Below are positions 18,355-28,117 of a stretch of DNA of 64,000 bases, one piece after another (within the stretch, counting starts at the first letter, position 1; every line of letters starts with the position of its first letter). Made by a program: the position numbers and the translations under genes. The notes under the pieces were generated by a model. The model was not told the DNA's origin, did no database searches, and worked only from the letters and a program-made list of their open reading frames with translations. The DNA comes from Chloroflexota bacterium (lineage in GTDB: Bacteria > Chloroflexota > Dehalococcoidia > Lucifugimonadales > Lucifugimonadaceae): contig JAJCYY010000013.1 of NCBI GenBank assembly GCA_029262735.1, forward strand, positions 4,108 through 68,107. The letters are read 5' to 3'.

Positions 18355-19368
18355 CTACTCCTGGTGGAGCGTTACCGATCGCATTGGAGGGGCGAACTGA
18401 TGCGGCTCCAGGTGTATGGCCTCTTTCTGATAGACCTGCACTCGATAAGAACCTGTATCTGCGATGAAAAGGTGGCCGTCCGAGTCGATCGCGATCGACC
18501 TTGGTTGGCGAAGGTATCTCTGGGGCTCTAAGACCGCCATGTCACGAATCCGGTTGGGACTGGCATTCGTCATCATGTATTCACGGCCGACCTTCGACAG
18601 AGTAGCCGCGCCCAGGAATTTTTCGACATACCGGGCTTCAGAATTGAACAGTTGGACACGATTGTTGCCCCGGTCACAGACATAGATGTCGCCGTCGGTA
18701 TCGACAGCTACGTCGGTTGGTCGATTGAACTCACCGTCGTCGGCGCCAGAACTCCCAAACTTCATGATGAACTCGCCGTCTCCGGTGAACTTCTGAACGC
18801 GGTCGTTCCTCCAGTCCGCAACGTAGACATCGCCCAGCTCGTCAACCGTGATGCCCCACGGCGAATCGAACTGTCCATCGCCTGTCCCCTTCTCGCCCCA
18901 GCTGAGAATGAACTGGCCATCGCTGGTGAGTTTTTGGACTCGATGATTTTGTGAGTCGACGACATAGATGTTCTCTTCGGAATCGAGCGCAAGCCCGGCC
19001 GGCCGATTGAGCTGGCCGTTGGCGGAACCTTGTTCCCCAAAAGAGCCCAGAAACTCTCCGTCGCTATTGAACGACGAGATTCTGTGAAGCGCTTCGTCCG
19101 AGACGAATAGATTCTCAGTTGAATCAGCGACGATGGAAACCGGCCACTGGAATTTTCCCTCTTCATCACCAAATCCACCGAAGTCGCCGCGGTCCTCATC
19201 ATCAAAGGTGTACTTCCTTACCAGTGCCGTACCCTCCTGGCGGCACAGAATGTACATCCTGCCTTCGGCACCGAGGGCGATGTCCACCGGGAAGTTGGTA
19301 AGACGGCGCATTCCCAGAGTTTTCAGGTACGGGAATCCCGCTCGTAGCAATCCATATGGTCTGGCCAT
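18355..19368 (-). CDS. NHL-repeat beta-propeller protein
   Basis: 337 aa with about six repeats of the pattern G.F..P.G.A.D..G.IYV.D..N.R.Q.F. Confidence 0.8.
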   Translation of the reverse strand: MARPYGLLRAGFPYLKTLGMRRLTNFPVDIALGAEGRMYILCRQEGTALVRKYTFDDEDRGDFGGFGDEEGKFQWPVSIVADSTENLFVSDEALHRISSFNSDGEFLGSFGEQGSANGQLNRPAGLALDSEENIYVVDSQNHRVQKLTSDGQFILSWGEKGTGDGQFDSPWGITVDELGDVYVADWRNDRVQKFTGDGEFIMKFGSSGADDGEFNRPTDVAVDTDGDIYVCDRGNNRVQLFNSEARYVEKFLGAATLSKVGREYMMTNASPNRIRDMAVLEPQRYLRQPRSIAIDSDGHLFIADTGSYRVQVYQKEAIHLEPHQFAPPMRSVTLHQE

Positions 19369-19442
19369 CTAGTCGTCTCCACGAATGACAGATCTGGATT
19401 TTTTTCCAATCGCCATTTACTCGCTAAACTCAGCAACCCGAC

Positions 19443-20612
19443 TCACGCGCCACCGAACGGCTGCAACTGCTCGTACTTGCCATTGACAATATCAACCGAA
19501 TCCACACCCATCCATTGTTCGAGAAGCGTCGCATAGACACCACGGAAATCGATCGTGTGGGCCAGGTCTTCACCGTTGGCGAATGTAGTCGGATCTAGCG
19601 ATGGGTATTCGGCGTAGAGACCGCCTTCGACCTGGTCGCCGATGATGAACGCTCCTCCGCCAGAGCCGTGATCGGTGCCGCTGCCGTTGTCCTGGACCCT
19701 GCGGCCGAACTCGGTGAAAACGTACACGACAACCTCTTCAGAAGCGTTGTGTTCCCGCAGGTCGTCCATGAAGTCTCGCAGCGCGCAACTCAGTTCGTCG
19801 AGCAGTTTTTCGTGAGCAGGCATCTCAACGGCATGATGGTCATAGCCTGCGTGCTGCACATAGAAGATGCGCGTGCCAAGCCCGGCGATATGGGTTCGCG
19901 CTACATCGCGCAAACTCTTCGCAATGGCGTTGTCAGCGTACTCGACGGTTGACTCGTACTTGCCAGCCACGGTCTGAAGCTGACCTATCCCTGCCAGGAC
20001 ATCATCACCGGTTTGCTGCAGGTAGTTCATGGTCGCCCCGCTGCCGATGGCAGGCGTGTAAAAGCGCCGGAATATGTTGAGTTCTTCAGCGCGCTGCTCT
20101 TGAACCTCGACCGACGTCATAAGCCCGTAGCTGTCGAGATCGCCAACTGACGTCACTCTCACTCCCGGCGCAGCCATTGCGCGTGGGAGACCACGCCCGA
20201 AGCTGACTCCGGTCAGGACATTTTTTCCTTCCGGATCCAACTGCTTGATCGCCCGTGCCAGCCAGCCCTCGGTTGAAATCTTCAGCGGCTCTGCCGTGTG
20301 CATGATGTCCATCGCGCGAAAGTGCGATCGATTCGAATCTTCATAACCAATGCCCTGAACTACGGCCACGTCGCCTGTATCGAACATCTCTTTTAGTGGA
20401 CCGGCAGACGGATGGAACCCCAGTTCATCATTGATCGTCAAAACACGGTCTTCGGTGATCCGGACCGTCTTTCGAGAGTCGTAGTAAAGCCCGGACGTGT
20501 ACGGCACCAGCGTGTTCATGAAGTCGTTGCCGCCCGTCAACTGAACGACCACAAGGACCGGGGCTTTGCCCGTCATACCGTTCCCATTGATGTTCATGTG
20601 AGACATCTCCAT
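19443..20612 (-). CDS. DUF1501 domain protein (sulfatase-like fold)
   Basis: 389 aa. VVVQLTGGNDFMNTLVPY near the N-terminus and FGRRVQDNGSGTDHG near the C-terminus. Paired with a DUF1800 gene, as is usual. Confidence 0.75.
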   Translation of the reverse strand: MEMSHMNINGNGMTGKAPVLVVVQLTGGNDFMNTLVPYTSGLYYDSRKTVRITEDRVLTINDELGFHPSAGPLKEMFDTGDVAVVQGIGYEDSNRSHFRAMDIMHTAEPLKISTEGWLARAIKQLDPEGKNVLTGVSFGRGLPRAMAAPGVRVTSVGDLDSYGLMTSVEVQEQRAEELNIFRRFYTPAIGSGATMNYLQQTGDDVLAGIGQLQTVAGKYESTVEYADNAIAKSLRDVARTHIAGLGTRIFYVQHAGYDHHAVEMPAHEKLLDELSCALRDFMDDLREHNASEEVVVYVFTEFGRRVQDNGSGTDHGSGGGAFIIGDQVEGGLYAEYPSLDPTTFANGEDLAHTIDFRGVYATLLEQWMGVDSVDIVNGKYEQLQPFGGA

Positions 20613-20629
20613 TGGTTGAATGGTCAGAG

Positions 20630-22015
20630 CTATGCGAACTGGAACTCTGGCGTTGTGACGATCAGGCGAATCATGCGGACGACCCTTGTCGCATCGTCGT
20701 CACCTTCAGAATCGGTGGCAAAGTTGACGAGCGCTTCGCGGGTTGATTCCTCAACCTCGATGGGTCCCATGACATCGAGCGTGTCCCGCACGAACGACTC
20801 CGGGTTCGAAAGAGAGTTTTGATCGATCAGCCGATTGATGACACGACGAATGCCCGGTGAATCGCCAGTGCCTATCTCACCAACGGCAAAGTTCACACGC
20901 TCGGTGAGGTTGCCGCCGTCAATCCATTCCTTCCCTGTGTGCCATCCCTCGACTGTCGGCGGGTCGAGTAGCTTTTGGCCCATGGCAACAGTGGTCGAAG
21001 AGACGTACTCGGCGAGTCCCGGTTTGTAGTCATCGTACTCACCGACCATCTTCAGTAATCCGACCACCAACTCAATTGGGCTCTTGACCTTTTTGAACCT
21101 TGCCTGTTTGAAAGAGTCAGAGTTGAACATGACCCGCAGCACCGGCGTGATTTCACCGTTTGAATCCAGGAACGCTTTCGCCATTTCGTTGATTAGTTCA
21201 GGATCGAGTGGCGGCAGGTCGTTCCATGTGGGAACCTGGGGTTCGTCGGCCACAAAGAAGTTGTATAGATGGCGGGAGATGAAGCGAGCACACGCGGGTT
21301 GTTTGACGATGATGTCAATGATGTCGCCGCCGTCCAGGTTTCCGGTGTGTCCCAGGAAGGTCTTCTCACCGTTGTCATGGTCTTCTTCGATATAGCGGAA
21401 TTGAGCCGGGTAGTAGCCATGTGGGTACAAAGGCGGAGGCTGGCCGAAGGTCCATCCAGTGAAGGCTCGAGCTGCGTTTTTTATGTCGATCTCGGTGTAG
21501 TTTCCGACGCCGAGCGAGAACAGCTCCAGAAGTTCTCTCCCGTAATTTTCGTTCGGTTCACCGATGTGGTTTTCGTTGTTGTCCAGCCAGAAAATCATGG
21601 CGGGATCGTGGGAGAGATCGAGAAGTATTGTGCGCATATCGGAAAGTCCGTTGCGCCTGAACATCTCGATCTGATTCGAGGACGACAGGATGTGCTCGTT
21701 CTTGACGAGTCCAGTGGCAAATACCTGGTGCCAGAAGAGTGCCATCTTCTCCTGCAACTGGCACCGAGAGTTGATCATCCGGTAAAGCCATATTGCCAGG
21801 TATGCATGCGGTGCCTCGCCGCCCATGTACCGCGTTAATTCATCGTCTGGAACTCCGGCATCAGCGGTGGGATTTAGCAGGAACTCAACAGTGTCTTCGT
21901 AGTCCTGGCCCGATAGCTGATCGATCTGCTCTCGTGCGGCGCCAAATCCTGTACGACGATACAGGTGTGCGAGCAGCGCAGGATCGGTTTTGGCCTCAAC
22001 CGAAGTCGTGCTCAT
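20630..22015 (-). CDS. DUF1800 domain protein
   Basis: 461 aa. LAHLYRRTGFGA start, MALFWHQVFAT and GREL(L)ELFSLG segments characteristic of DUF1800. Confidence 0.7.
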   Translation of the reverse strand: MSTTSVEAKTDPALLAHLYRRTGFGAAREQIDQLSGQDYEDTVEFLLNPTADAGVPDDELTRYMGGEAPHAYLAIWLYRMINSRCQLQEKMALFWHQVFATGLVKNEHILSSSNQIEMFRRNGLSDMRTILLDLSHDPAMIFWLDNNENHIGEPNENYGRELLELFSLGVGNYTEIDIKNAARAFTGWTFGQPPPLYPHGYYPAQFRYIEEDHDNGEKTFLGHTGNLDGGDIIDIIVKQPACARFISRHLYNFFVADEPQVPTWNDLPPLDPELINEMAKAFLDSNGEITPVLRVMFNSDSFKQARFKKVKSPIELVVGLLKMVGEYDDYKPGLAEYVSSTTVAMGQKLLDPPTVEGWHTGKEWIDGGNLTERVNFAVGEIGTGDSPGIRRVINRLIDQNSLSNPESFVRDTLDVMGPIEVEESTREALVNFATDSEGDDDATRVVRMIRLIVTTPEFQFA

Positions 22016-22255
22016 CTGTGTCTCCTATTGACTGATTCCTGGCCCCGCATACTAGCTGACGGCGAGTTTGGGAGTGGTGACAGGTCCAACCGCGGCCGCG
22101 TGCCTGTTTTGCCGCTGATTTACATCAGCCGCAACGGGCTCGTCAGAGGCAGTTTAACTCAGCGTTAAGACAACGACTGAAAGAAGGACAACGTCAGTCA
22201 GCTGATACACAGTGGAGTTTCCGATGTGGATGCCGGAGACCTACGCAATTTCACC

Positions 22256-22300
22256 GGGGTGCGGAATCCACACACCTGTTAAGACACATGCTCCGAAGAG
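22256..22300 (-). repeat. Degenerate tRNA-Leu 3' fragment (oldest att remnant)
   Basis: A 19-nt core, CTGTTAAGACACATGCTCC, is identical to the tRNA-Leu at 42494..42579 and to the fragment at 26157. The flanking T-arm and acceptor parts are decayed. Confidence 0.65.
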
Positions 22301-22552
22301 GTATAGCTACGATTCAGCAACATACACTCACATTCAATTCGGATTGAATTGCCTGGGCCGGCGAGCCCCAAAAGTGCGTCCAGGTTCGTGTAGGTTCAAC
22401 TCCGTTGCAGGCTCTCCCATTGCGCGGAGATATAGGATCCATGAACCGAGATCAAAGTGAACCACAACCCCGATACAAGACTCTCTAGAACCCGCCTCCG
22501 GCCCGGTCCGTTGCGCCGAATCCTCAGGCATTCACTGCCAGCTGGGCTCTCT

Positions 22553-24639
22553 TCACCTCAGGATTATTTCGCCAGTGGAATGTACTCGGGCGGCCCGTCG
22601 CCCCGGTGCCAAAACCGAAGGCGGGCCAGACACCACGCTGGTTCCGATCGCAGCTCCTGATCCGATTGACTCTCTATCAGCGTTGGCCTGCTCCAATGAT
22701 CGGCGTCTGACCTTGAACATCATCTCCTCTTCGGAGGCTATAGCCTCCGACTGTCGCAGCGCCTCAATCTTCAGATCGGACTCGTGCATGGCGTCTATCA
22801 GGTCTACAGCTCCCCGAGTGCTTGGCGCGTTCCGAACTGATTCACGCATTGTCTGCTGCAAGCTCTCTTCATCCCTAGCCGCAATTGCAGCCGACTCCCG
22901 CTTCGCACGCGCCTGCGCTTCGGCCTCACGGAGTTCTTGATCGCGCCTCTCTGCCCTGACGATTTCCTGTGCCTGCAGCAAGAACGGCGTCATCCCGTCG
23001 ACATCTTTTGCAAGTGCGATTTCGGATCGACGCTGAGCCTCACTAATAGGCTGCGCATCCAGCGTCTTTAAAATTGTTTCGCCCCTCGCCTGAAAATCCG
23101 CGGTGACAAACTCCGGCGGCCGCAGCTCAGATGGCAGCAGTTCGAACGATCGCCGCATTTCTGCTTCGATCGCGCTCGCACCGGCCTCGCGCTTGGCCTG
23201 GTCCGGGTCGACCACCGGAATTCCGAGATTCCGCAGGAAATCTCTTGCCCCTTCTTCAATGGCCTCAAATGCCCGGCGATGCCGCTCCTTTTCCTTGACC
23301 TGCGCTTCGGCTTCAAGTAAATCAGTGAACTCCTCAACCGCGTCCCGCCGCTCGCTTCTCCGCGCCGCGAAATCCGCACGCGCCAACTGAACCCTTAGAG
23401 ATCGATTGAACTCTTCCAGGCCGGTCAATCCGAAACCTCCCGGGCTGCCGATGGGACTGATACCACGCTGGCGGAACTGATCTCGGAGAAACAGATTGTC
23501 CTGCTCTGCAGGTGACAGATTCTCAAGCCCGGGATTGTTCATTGCGAACTCGGCGCGGGCCTCAGCCTCTTCCTGTGTAAGTGGACCTGCTTCGTCAAAA
23601 CCCAGGAACGTGGGAATATCGGGCATTGGCCCGATGAGTTCAACAGCCTTTTGCAGCAGCGGATCATCCAGGTCTTCTGCTCCTCCATTTATCAGCTCGT
23701 TGAGCCTTTCCGGATCACTGAGAAGCGCCGTCTCCCCTATACCGGCGAGGAGGCTGATTAAGTCTTCGCGGTTCCCCTGCAGAGCCATGTCCACCGCGAG
23801 GGGATTCAGTAAGGTCTGTGAGATTCCTCGTGTTGTAGCATCGTCGAAGATCTTGCCACCAAGAAGACCAGCGAGAGCCTCGACCAGTATCTGGGCTTCA
23901 GGTGATGCGCCCTGCTCGTCCGCTATACCACTGGCCGTACCCGCAACAATCTCTTGCGTTATCGTCCGGCTCAGACTGTCACTCCCGAACAACCGCTGTA
24001 TCGCCTTGCCACCGGGAATTCGGCTAGTAAATTTGAGTCCGAGAAGGAACGCGGGACCGCGACCCAGCGTAGGAACGCCGAGTGGAGAGGCTATGCTCTG
24101 CACCGCGTCCACAAATTCCCCTGTAGGCCCAGGCAAGCTGTCTAGCTGGTCCCGGGTGAAGCCGATGAACGGTGTCGAGAGATTTTCGAGGATGCCACCA
24201 CCGGTGGGATCTGTTTTTAATGGCAGGTCTGGAAAAGTCTGCCTGTCCAGAAAGCGAAAAAAAGCCGGTGCCGTGTTTCTCGTCGTATCTCAGCCAGCGA
24301 CCTTGGATCACCTTCCCTTCTGGGGCCGACGAGCTGCGCCAACCTTCTTTCCAATGCCGCGCTCTGGTTCTGTCTGCGTTCCTCAGAACCAGGAACGCCG
24401 ACGGCAGAATCGAGAATGCCTGCCGAATTACCTCCTAAGCTGTCTATCAAAAAAGCGGCAAGGAGGTCCTTTCGTTTATCGGAAGAGACGGTTTCTACGC
24501 CGCGAAGGCTGAGAAAGAATTCCCCGATAAGCGGGTCTTCAGCCCGCAAAATATCCATGAACTCTACCTCGCCGCCTTCTTCCGGCGGGAAGGCCAACAG
24601 TTTTTCCGCCACCTCGTCAATTCTGTCTCTTGTTACCAT
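22553..24639 (-). pseudogene. Frameshifted coiled-coil protein gene of about 690 codons, function unknown
   Basis: The 140-aa ORF (24217..24639) and the 527-aa ORF (22553..24136) join into one reading frame if the A7 run at 24257-24263 were A8. That gives ...RHRLFFRFLDRQTFPDLPLKTDPTGGGILENL...PGPTGEFVD. The C-terminal half is rich in E/R/A heptad-like sequence. Confidence 0.6.
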
Positions 24640-24741
24640 TTCTCACATCCTGATGGCTGCTGGCGTATTGCCGCTTTTTCCATATCTTTTCAACACATAC
24701 CTACACACTGGCCTACCGAAATCTCTTTCGAGGCTGTTTTA

Positions 24742-25108
24742 ATGAAATCCAGGTGGGAAATCGTTGGTTGGGTTCTGATTGTGATCGCCTTTTTTTGCAA
24801 TTTTGTGGACCCTGAACAGAGGCGGGGCGCCGCCGGGGATAGCCTTTGTTGTAGCCGGAATACTCACCGGGTTTCTGCTGGAAGGGATTGCGAGAGTGTT
24901 TCATCGCACCACGATCTTCCGCGTAGTGTTTCGGTATGAAGATGAAAAAGAGCCTGAAGAAGGTCCATCCAATCCCGGCATCACCCCTGATTCAGAAGAC
25001 CCGCGTAAGCTCATCCGAGGCGGCACCACAACAGGCATAAGAAGCGTCGACTCCCGTCGTGCCGATCTAAACTCCAATGACCCTCGTGACCATATAAACC
25101 GGCACTAG
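24742..25108 (+). pseudogene. Frameshifted paralogue of the small membrane protein at 25299..25688
   Basis: The 24742 ORF (MKSRWEIVGWVLIVIAFF...) and the 24803 ORF (...GIAFVVAGILTGFLLEG...GITPDSEDPRKLIRGGTTTGIRSVDSRRADLNSNDPRDHINRH) together align with the intact copy. The frame changes in the G/C-rich stretch around 24811-24838. Confidence 0.6.
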
Positions 25109-25298
25109 TATCCGAGTCAACGGGCAGCCTCAATTTCCTTCTCATATTCGTTTTCGGCTCCGCCCTCTCTTCATCTGACGTCAGTTCGGACACCAGCCGT
25201 TCTGCGATCTCGCTTTCTTCAACTCGCATATCTCAAATCCTGATCCCTAGTGCGTCGCCGTTTTTGAACTGATTCCGAACACATCTATGTAGACTGGC

Positions 25299-25688
25299 TT
25301 GATGCGACGATCTTCAAAAGCACGTTCAGTCAAAATTCGGTGGGAATTCGTTGGATCCATCCTGTTTTTCGGAACACTCACCGCTATTTGGTGGATCTTT
25401 GTCGACGGCGGAGTGGGGAGGATCATGGCTTTCTATAGCGCCGGATTGGTCACAACGCTACTGCTAGCGGGAGTGCTGTCCAAATTCAGTCACGTCAGAC
25501 TCGTCAGTAAAGTGTTTCCGCTCGATGAGGAAGAGCACCCCGACCCGGACCGTTCTGGCATCACGCCTGATTCAATTGATCCTCGGCAGCATATTCAAGG
25601 CGGAATAGCAACGGGCTTAAGAAGCATCGACTCCCGCCGCGCCGATCCAAACTCCAACGATCCTCGTGACTACATCAATCGGCTCTAA
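25299..25688 (+). CDS. Small two-TM protein with a conserved hydrophilic C-terminal motif
   Basis: 129 aa with two hydrophobic helices. The C-terminus GITPDSIDPRQHIQGGIATGLRSIDSRRADPNSNDPRDYINRL is conserved in the neighbouring paralogue. Confidence 0.55.
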   Translation: MMRRSSKARSVKIRWEFVGSILFFGTLTAIWWIFVDGGVGRIMAFYSAGLVTTLLLAGVLSKFSHVRLVSKVFPLDEEEHPDPDRSGITPDSIDPRQHIQGGIATGLRSIDSRRADPNSNDPRDYINRL

Positions 25689-26156
25689 AATCCAGGGCGC
25701 CGATCACAATTAAGAATCCTTCTCATAATCATTTCCGGCTCCTCTGTTTGTGTCCGTTCAAATGTGACTCCCTTTCGGGATGGCTAACATCGTCGTCTAG
25801 CTCACTCTCACACACACGCCTTTGCCTTTCGACGTTGCAGCCGGATGGGCTCGCCACCGCAAGCTCGTGCGTGGGGATTGTTGGGGCGCCGGATCACTCA
25901 AGACCGCAAACCCTCAAGCCTCTTCAGATTAAAAATACTGGGCATCGGGCACAACAGACATGTCAGGGAGAACAAAGGTGAGTATTGCCGTTGATGGGAG
26001 TCCGCAGGGATCTAACTCCTGGACTCGAAAAAAGTTCACTGGAGACGAGGTCGGGTCTCAAGTAACAGACACGTTCAAGCGTCGTGTCCAACGGTCACTA
26101 GACGCAAGTTTCGGAGCGGCAAATTAAGGTCTCGAAATGATCAACTCGAACGAAAC

Positions 26157-26212
26157 TGGTGGGGAAGGTGGGATTCGAACCCACACGTCTGTTAAGACAC
26201 ATGCTCCTAAGG
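26157..26212 (-). repeat. tRNA-Leu 3' fragment (att remnant)
   Basis: TGGTGGGGAAGGTGGGATTCGAACCCACACGTCTGTTAAGACACATGCTCCTAAGG. This runs from the CCA end to the anticodon loop of tRNA-Leu, with a compensated T-stem variant. Confidence 0.85.
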
Positions 26213-26335
26213 TATTTTCAACTGAGTGCTAGGCGTCCAGAACGACAATCCCAAGCGAAACAGCAATAATTATGTGGCCTAACTTCGGAGCGAAAATCGG
26301 CGGAGAGACAGCGCAGCCTGCTGGTGATACGCCCG

Positions 26336-27361
26336 CTACGCAGAGGCCGCTTGATAGAACTTCTTCGCGGCAAGGAACGCGCCGATGAACCCTTTGTTTC
26401 CTATGCCCCAACTGAAGGCACCTGACGCATCGACGGCGAGCAGTTGATTCGCCATACGCTCCGCCAGTGAATCGTACTCGGCAACAGATGCCCCGACATT
26501 TTCCCGAACCTCTGCTGGTGTCGTCGCGCCGATTTTCGCGGATCGTAGCACCTGGATCGATGCGTGGTTCGCAGCCTCCAGAATGCGATGGGGGAAGTCC
26601 GGGCTGTGTGGTAAAAGCGGGCTGATGGCGACCGAGACGAAGACGCCCTCGTCCTTCAGACGTCGCATGATTCGCAGTCGTCGGTCCGGAGTGATGCCGC
26701 CACGTTCGATCTTCCGTTGTTCAGGCAGAAGATCGGAGCTGATGCTGAAGCTGACACCGACACGCCCCTTCAGTCCTAGTGCAACAAGTCGCTCCAACAC
26801 CTGAGGGTCCTCAACCACTTTTGGTGAACGCGTCTGGCACATCAAGAACACGTTCGACTGGTCGAAGACCTCAAGGTTCTCACGAGTCGTCCGCAACGTT
26901 TCCGGCATTGACAAAAAAGGGTCTGTCTTGGGGCTCATGAACACAGATGCCCCCCCAAGCCCCTTTTTTGGACGTCCTGACGGATCGAGCAGCGCCTTTC
27001 GGAGTCTTGCCGTGATTTCCGGTTTGGGAAGAAGCCAGGATCCCCATTTCCTGAACCAGTAACCGTCTCTTCCACCCGGATAATGCCCTGTCATCAAGTC
27101 CGGCACGTAGCAGAAGCTGCAACTCTTGCCCCAGAGGCAACCAATCCACGGATCGAACGTGTAGATGTTCGCCGGCGCATCGGTCGCCTCGAACTCCGGG
27201 AACGCCCGCTCGCCCGAAAGTTGTCCCCAGAAACCTGACTTCTGGTGGTTGAGCACCACCTTCTGACCCGAAGGCAACAGATCATTTTCTGGGTGCGCCG
27301 GACCGCGGAGAATCGGCTCAAATGAACCGGATAACTGTAAGGGTAACTTGAGTTGCGGCAC
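26336..27361 (-). CDS. Radical-SAM-like enzyme, SplB/COG1533 (DNA repair photolyase)-like, with a Cx5Cx2C triad
   Basis: 341 aa. DPWIGCLWGKSCSFCYVPD (C75, C81, C84). Later strand-like segments VFMSPKTDPF, VGVSFSISS and VSVAISPLLP resemble the COG1533 layout. Confidence 0.5.
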   Translation of the reverse strand: MPQLKLPLQLSGSFEPILRGPAHPENDLLPSGQKVVLNHQKSGFWGQLSGERAFPEFEATDAPANIYTFDPWIGCLWGKSCSFCYVPDLMTGHYPGGRDGYWFRKWGSWLLPKPEITARLRKALLDPSGRPKKGLGGASVFMSPKTDPFLSMPETLRTTRENLEVFDQSNVFLMCQTRSPKVVEDPQVLERLVALGLKGRVGVSFSISSDLLPEQRKIERGGITPDRRLRIMRRLKDEGVFVSVAISPLLPHSPDFPHRILEAANHASIQVLRSAKIGATTPAEVRENVGASVAEYDSLAERMANQLLAVDASGAFSWGIGNKGFIGAFLAAKKFYQAASA

Positions 27362-28117
27362 TTAAGCATCCACACTGTCAGCCGATGATGGCGAGGGAGA
27401 TAACGAATCTCGATCTAGGTAATGCCTGGCAAGCGTCGCAAGAGCGCCGCCCCGGCGAGTCGTGTCGTTCGACCGATGCAAAGCGACATCGAGTGCGAGA
27501 TTCAGCACTCGGTACTCTTCGCTGTGCAGCATAAATCCCATCGAAACCGTTTCGTTCGGAGTTTCTGTCTCTTGTCGAACTTTCTCAGAAGTATCGAAGT
27601 TGGCGATCTCGAGCAGCCTCATGATCTGGCGTTCGCTGTCCGGCAACAGCTCGCAAAGCTCTTCGGTGGAACGCCCATCAAGCAGACCGCAGAGCAGCAC
27701 AGCTCGTCGTTCCGGAATGTCTTTCCCGGAGAGGCGGTTGATTGTAGCCAGGCAAAGCGCCGTTTCCCTATCGTTCAGATTCCAGACAATGCACTGAGCA
27801 GATTCTAGTTGGAGAGCCTGCAGGACCATTAACCGATTTCTTCCATCGATTACTTGGTACTGACCGCGTACTTTAGGGTAGGGACGCACGATGAGTGGTT
27901 CATGGTAACCGGTCAGCTCAATGATCCTCCTCAACTTTGTCAGTCTGTCGGCCGGCATATGATTCGGGCAGCCCACATGAGGAACTAAGCGTTCAAGATT
28001 GATTGAGCGTAGCCTCTCTCTTGAGCATCTTCTCAACCTCCACCAACTTGCCCGATCCCCAACACGCCAATTCTGACTAACGGCTTGCTCAAGAAGCTGG
28101 TACGAGCCTGCTTGCAT
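27362..28117 (-). CDS. ParB/Srx N-terminal-domain protein (ParB-like nuclease/NTPase fold plus HTH-like region)
   Basis: 251 aa. YHEPLIVRPYPKVRGQYQVIDGRNRLMVLQAL matches the ParB N-domain pattern (DG..R). It is followed by ETALCLATINRLSGKDIPERRAVLL. Its stop abuts the radical-SAM start. Confidence 0.6.
   Translation of the reverse strand: MQAGSYQLLEQAVSQNWRVGDRASWWRLRRCSRERLRSINLERLVPHVGCPNHMPADRLTKLRRIIELTGYHEPLIVRPYPKVRGQYQVIDGRNRLMVLQALQLESAQCIVWNLNDRETALCLATINRLSGKDIPERRAVLLCGLLDGRSTEELCELLPDSERQIMRLLEIANFDTSEKVRQETETPNETVSMGFMLHSEEYRVLNLALDVALHRSNDTTRRGGALATLARHYLDRDSLSPSPSSADSVDA

Larger units (their letters stand above)
24637..25760. repeat. Tandem segmental duplication with a period of about 590 bp; the second unit is truncated
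   Basis: CAT(A/T)TCTCA(C/A)ATCCTGAT occurs at 24637 and 25227. Paralogous small-protein genes lie at 24742 and 25299. CCTTCTCATA(T/A)TC...TTCCGGCTCC occurs at about 25136 and about 25727. Confidence 0.7.
22301..26156. mobile_element. Genomic island A (decayed, integrase-less) in the tRNA-Leu tandem array
   Basis: Bounded by tRNA-Leu 3' fragments at 22256 and 26157. Both of its larger coding units carry frameshifts. Confidence 0.6.

Noticed and set aside
22330-22450. A T-loop-like string GGTTCAACTCC, suggesting another tRNA or tmRNA fragment.
   Set aside because: The flanking bases do not form a T-stem, and no acceptor or anticodon arm can be drawn.
23496-24512. A 338-aa plus-strand ORF spanning the junction of the two coiled-coil gene fragments.
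   Set aside because: Its Ser/Arg/Pro-rich low-complexity translation is characteristic of the antisense of an E/A/R-rich gene. The minus-strand reading with a single homopolymer frameshift explains the locus better.
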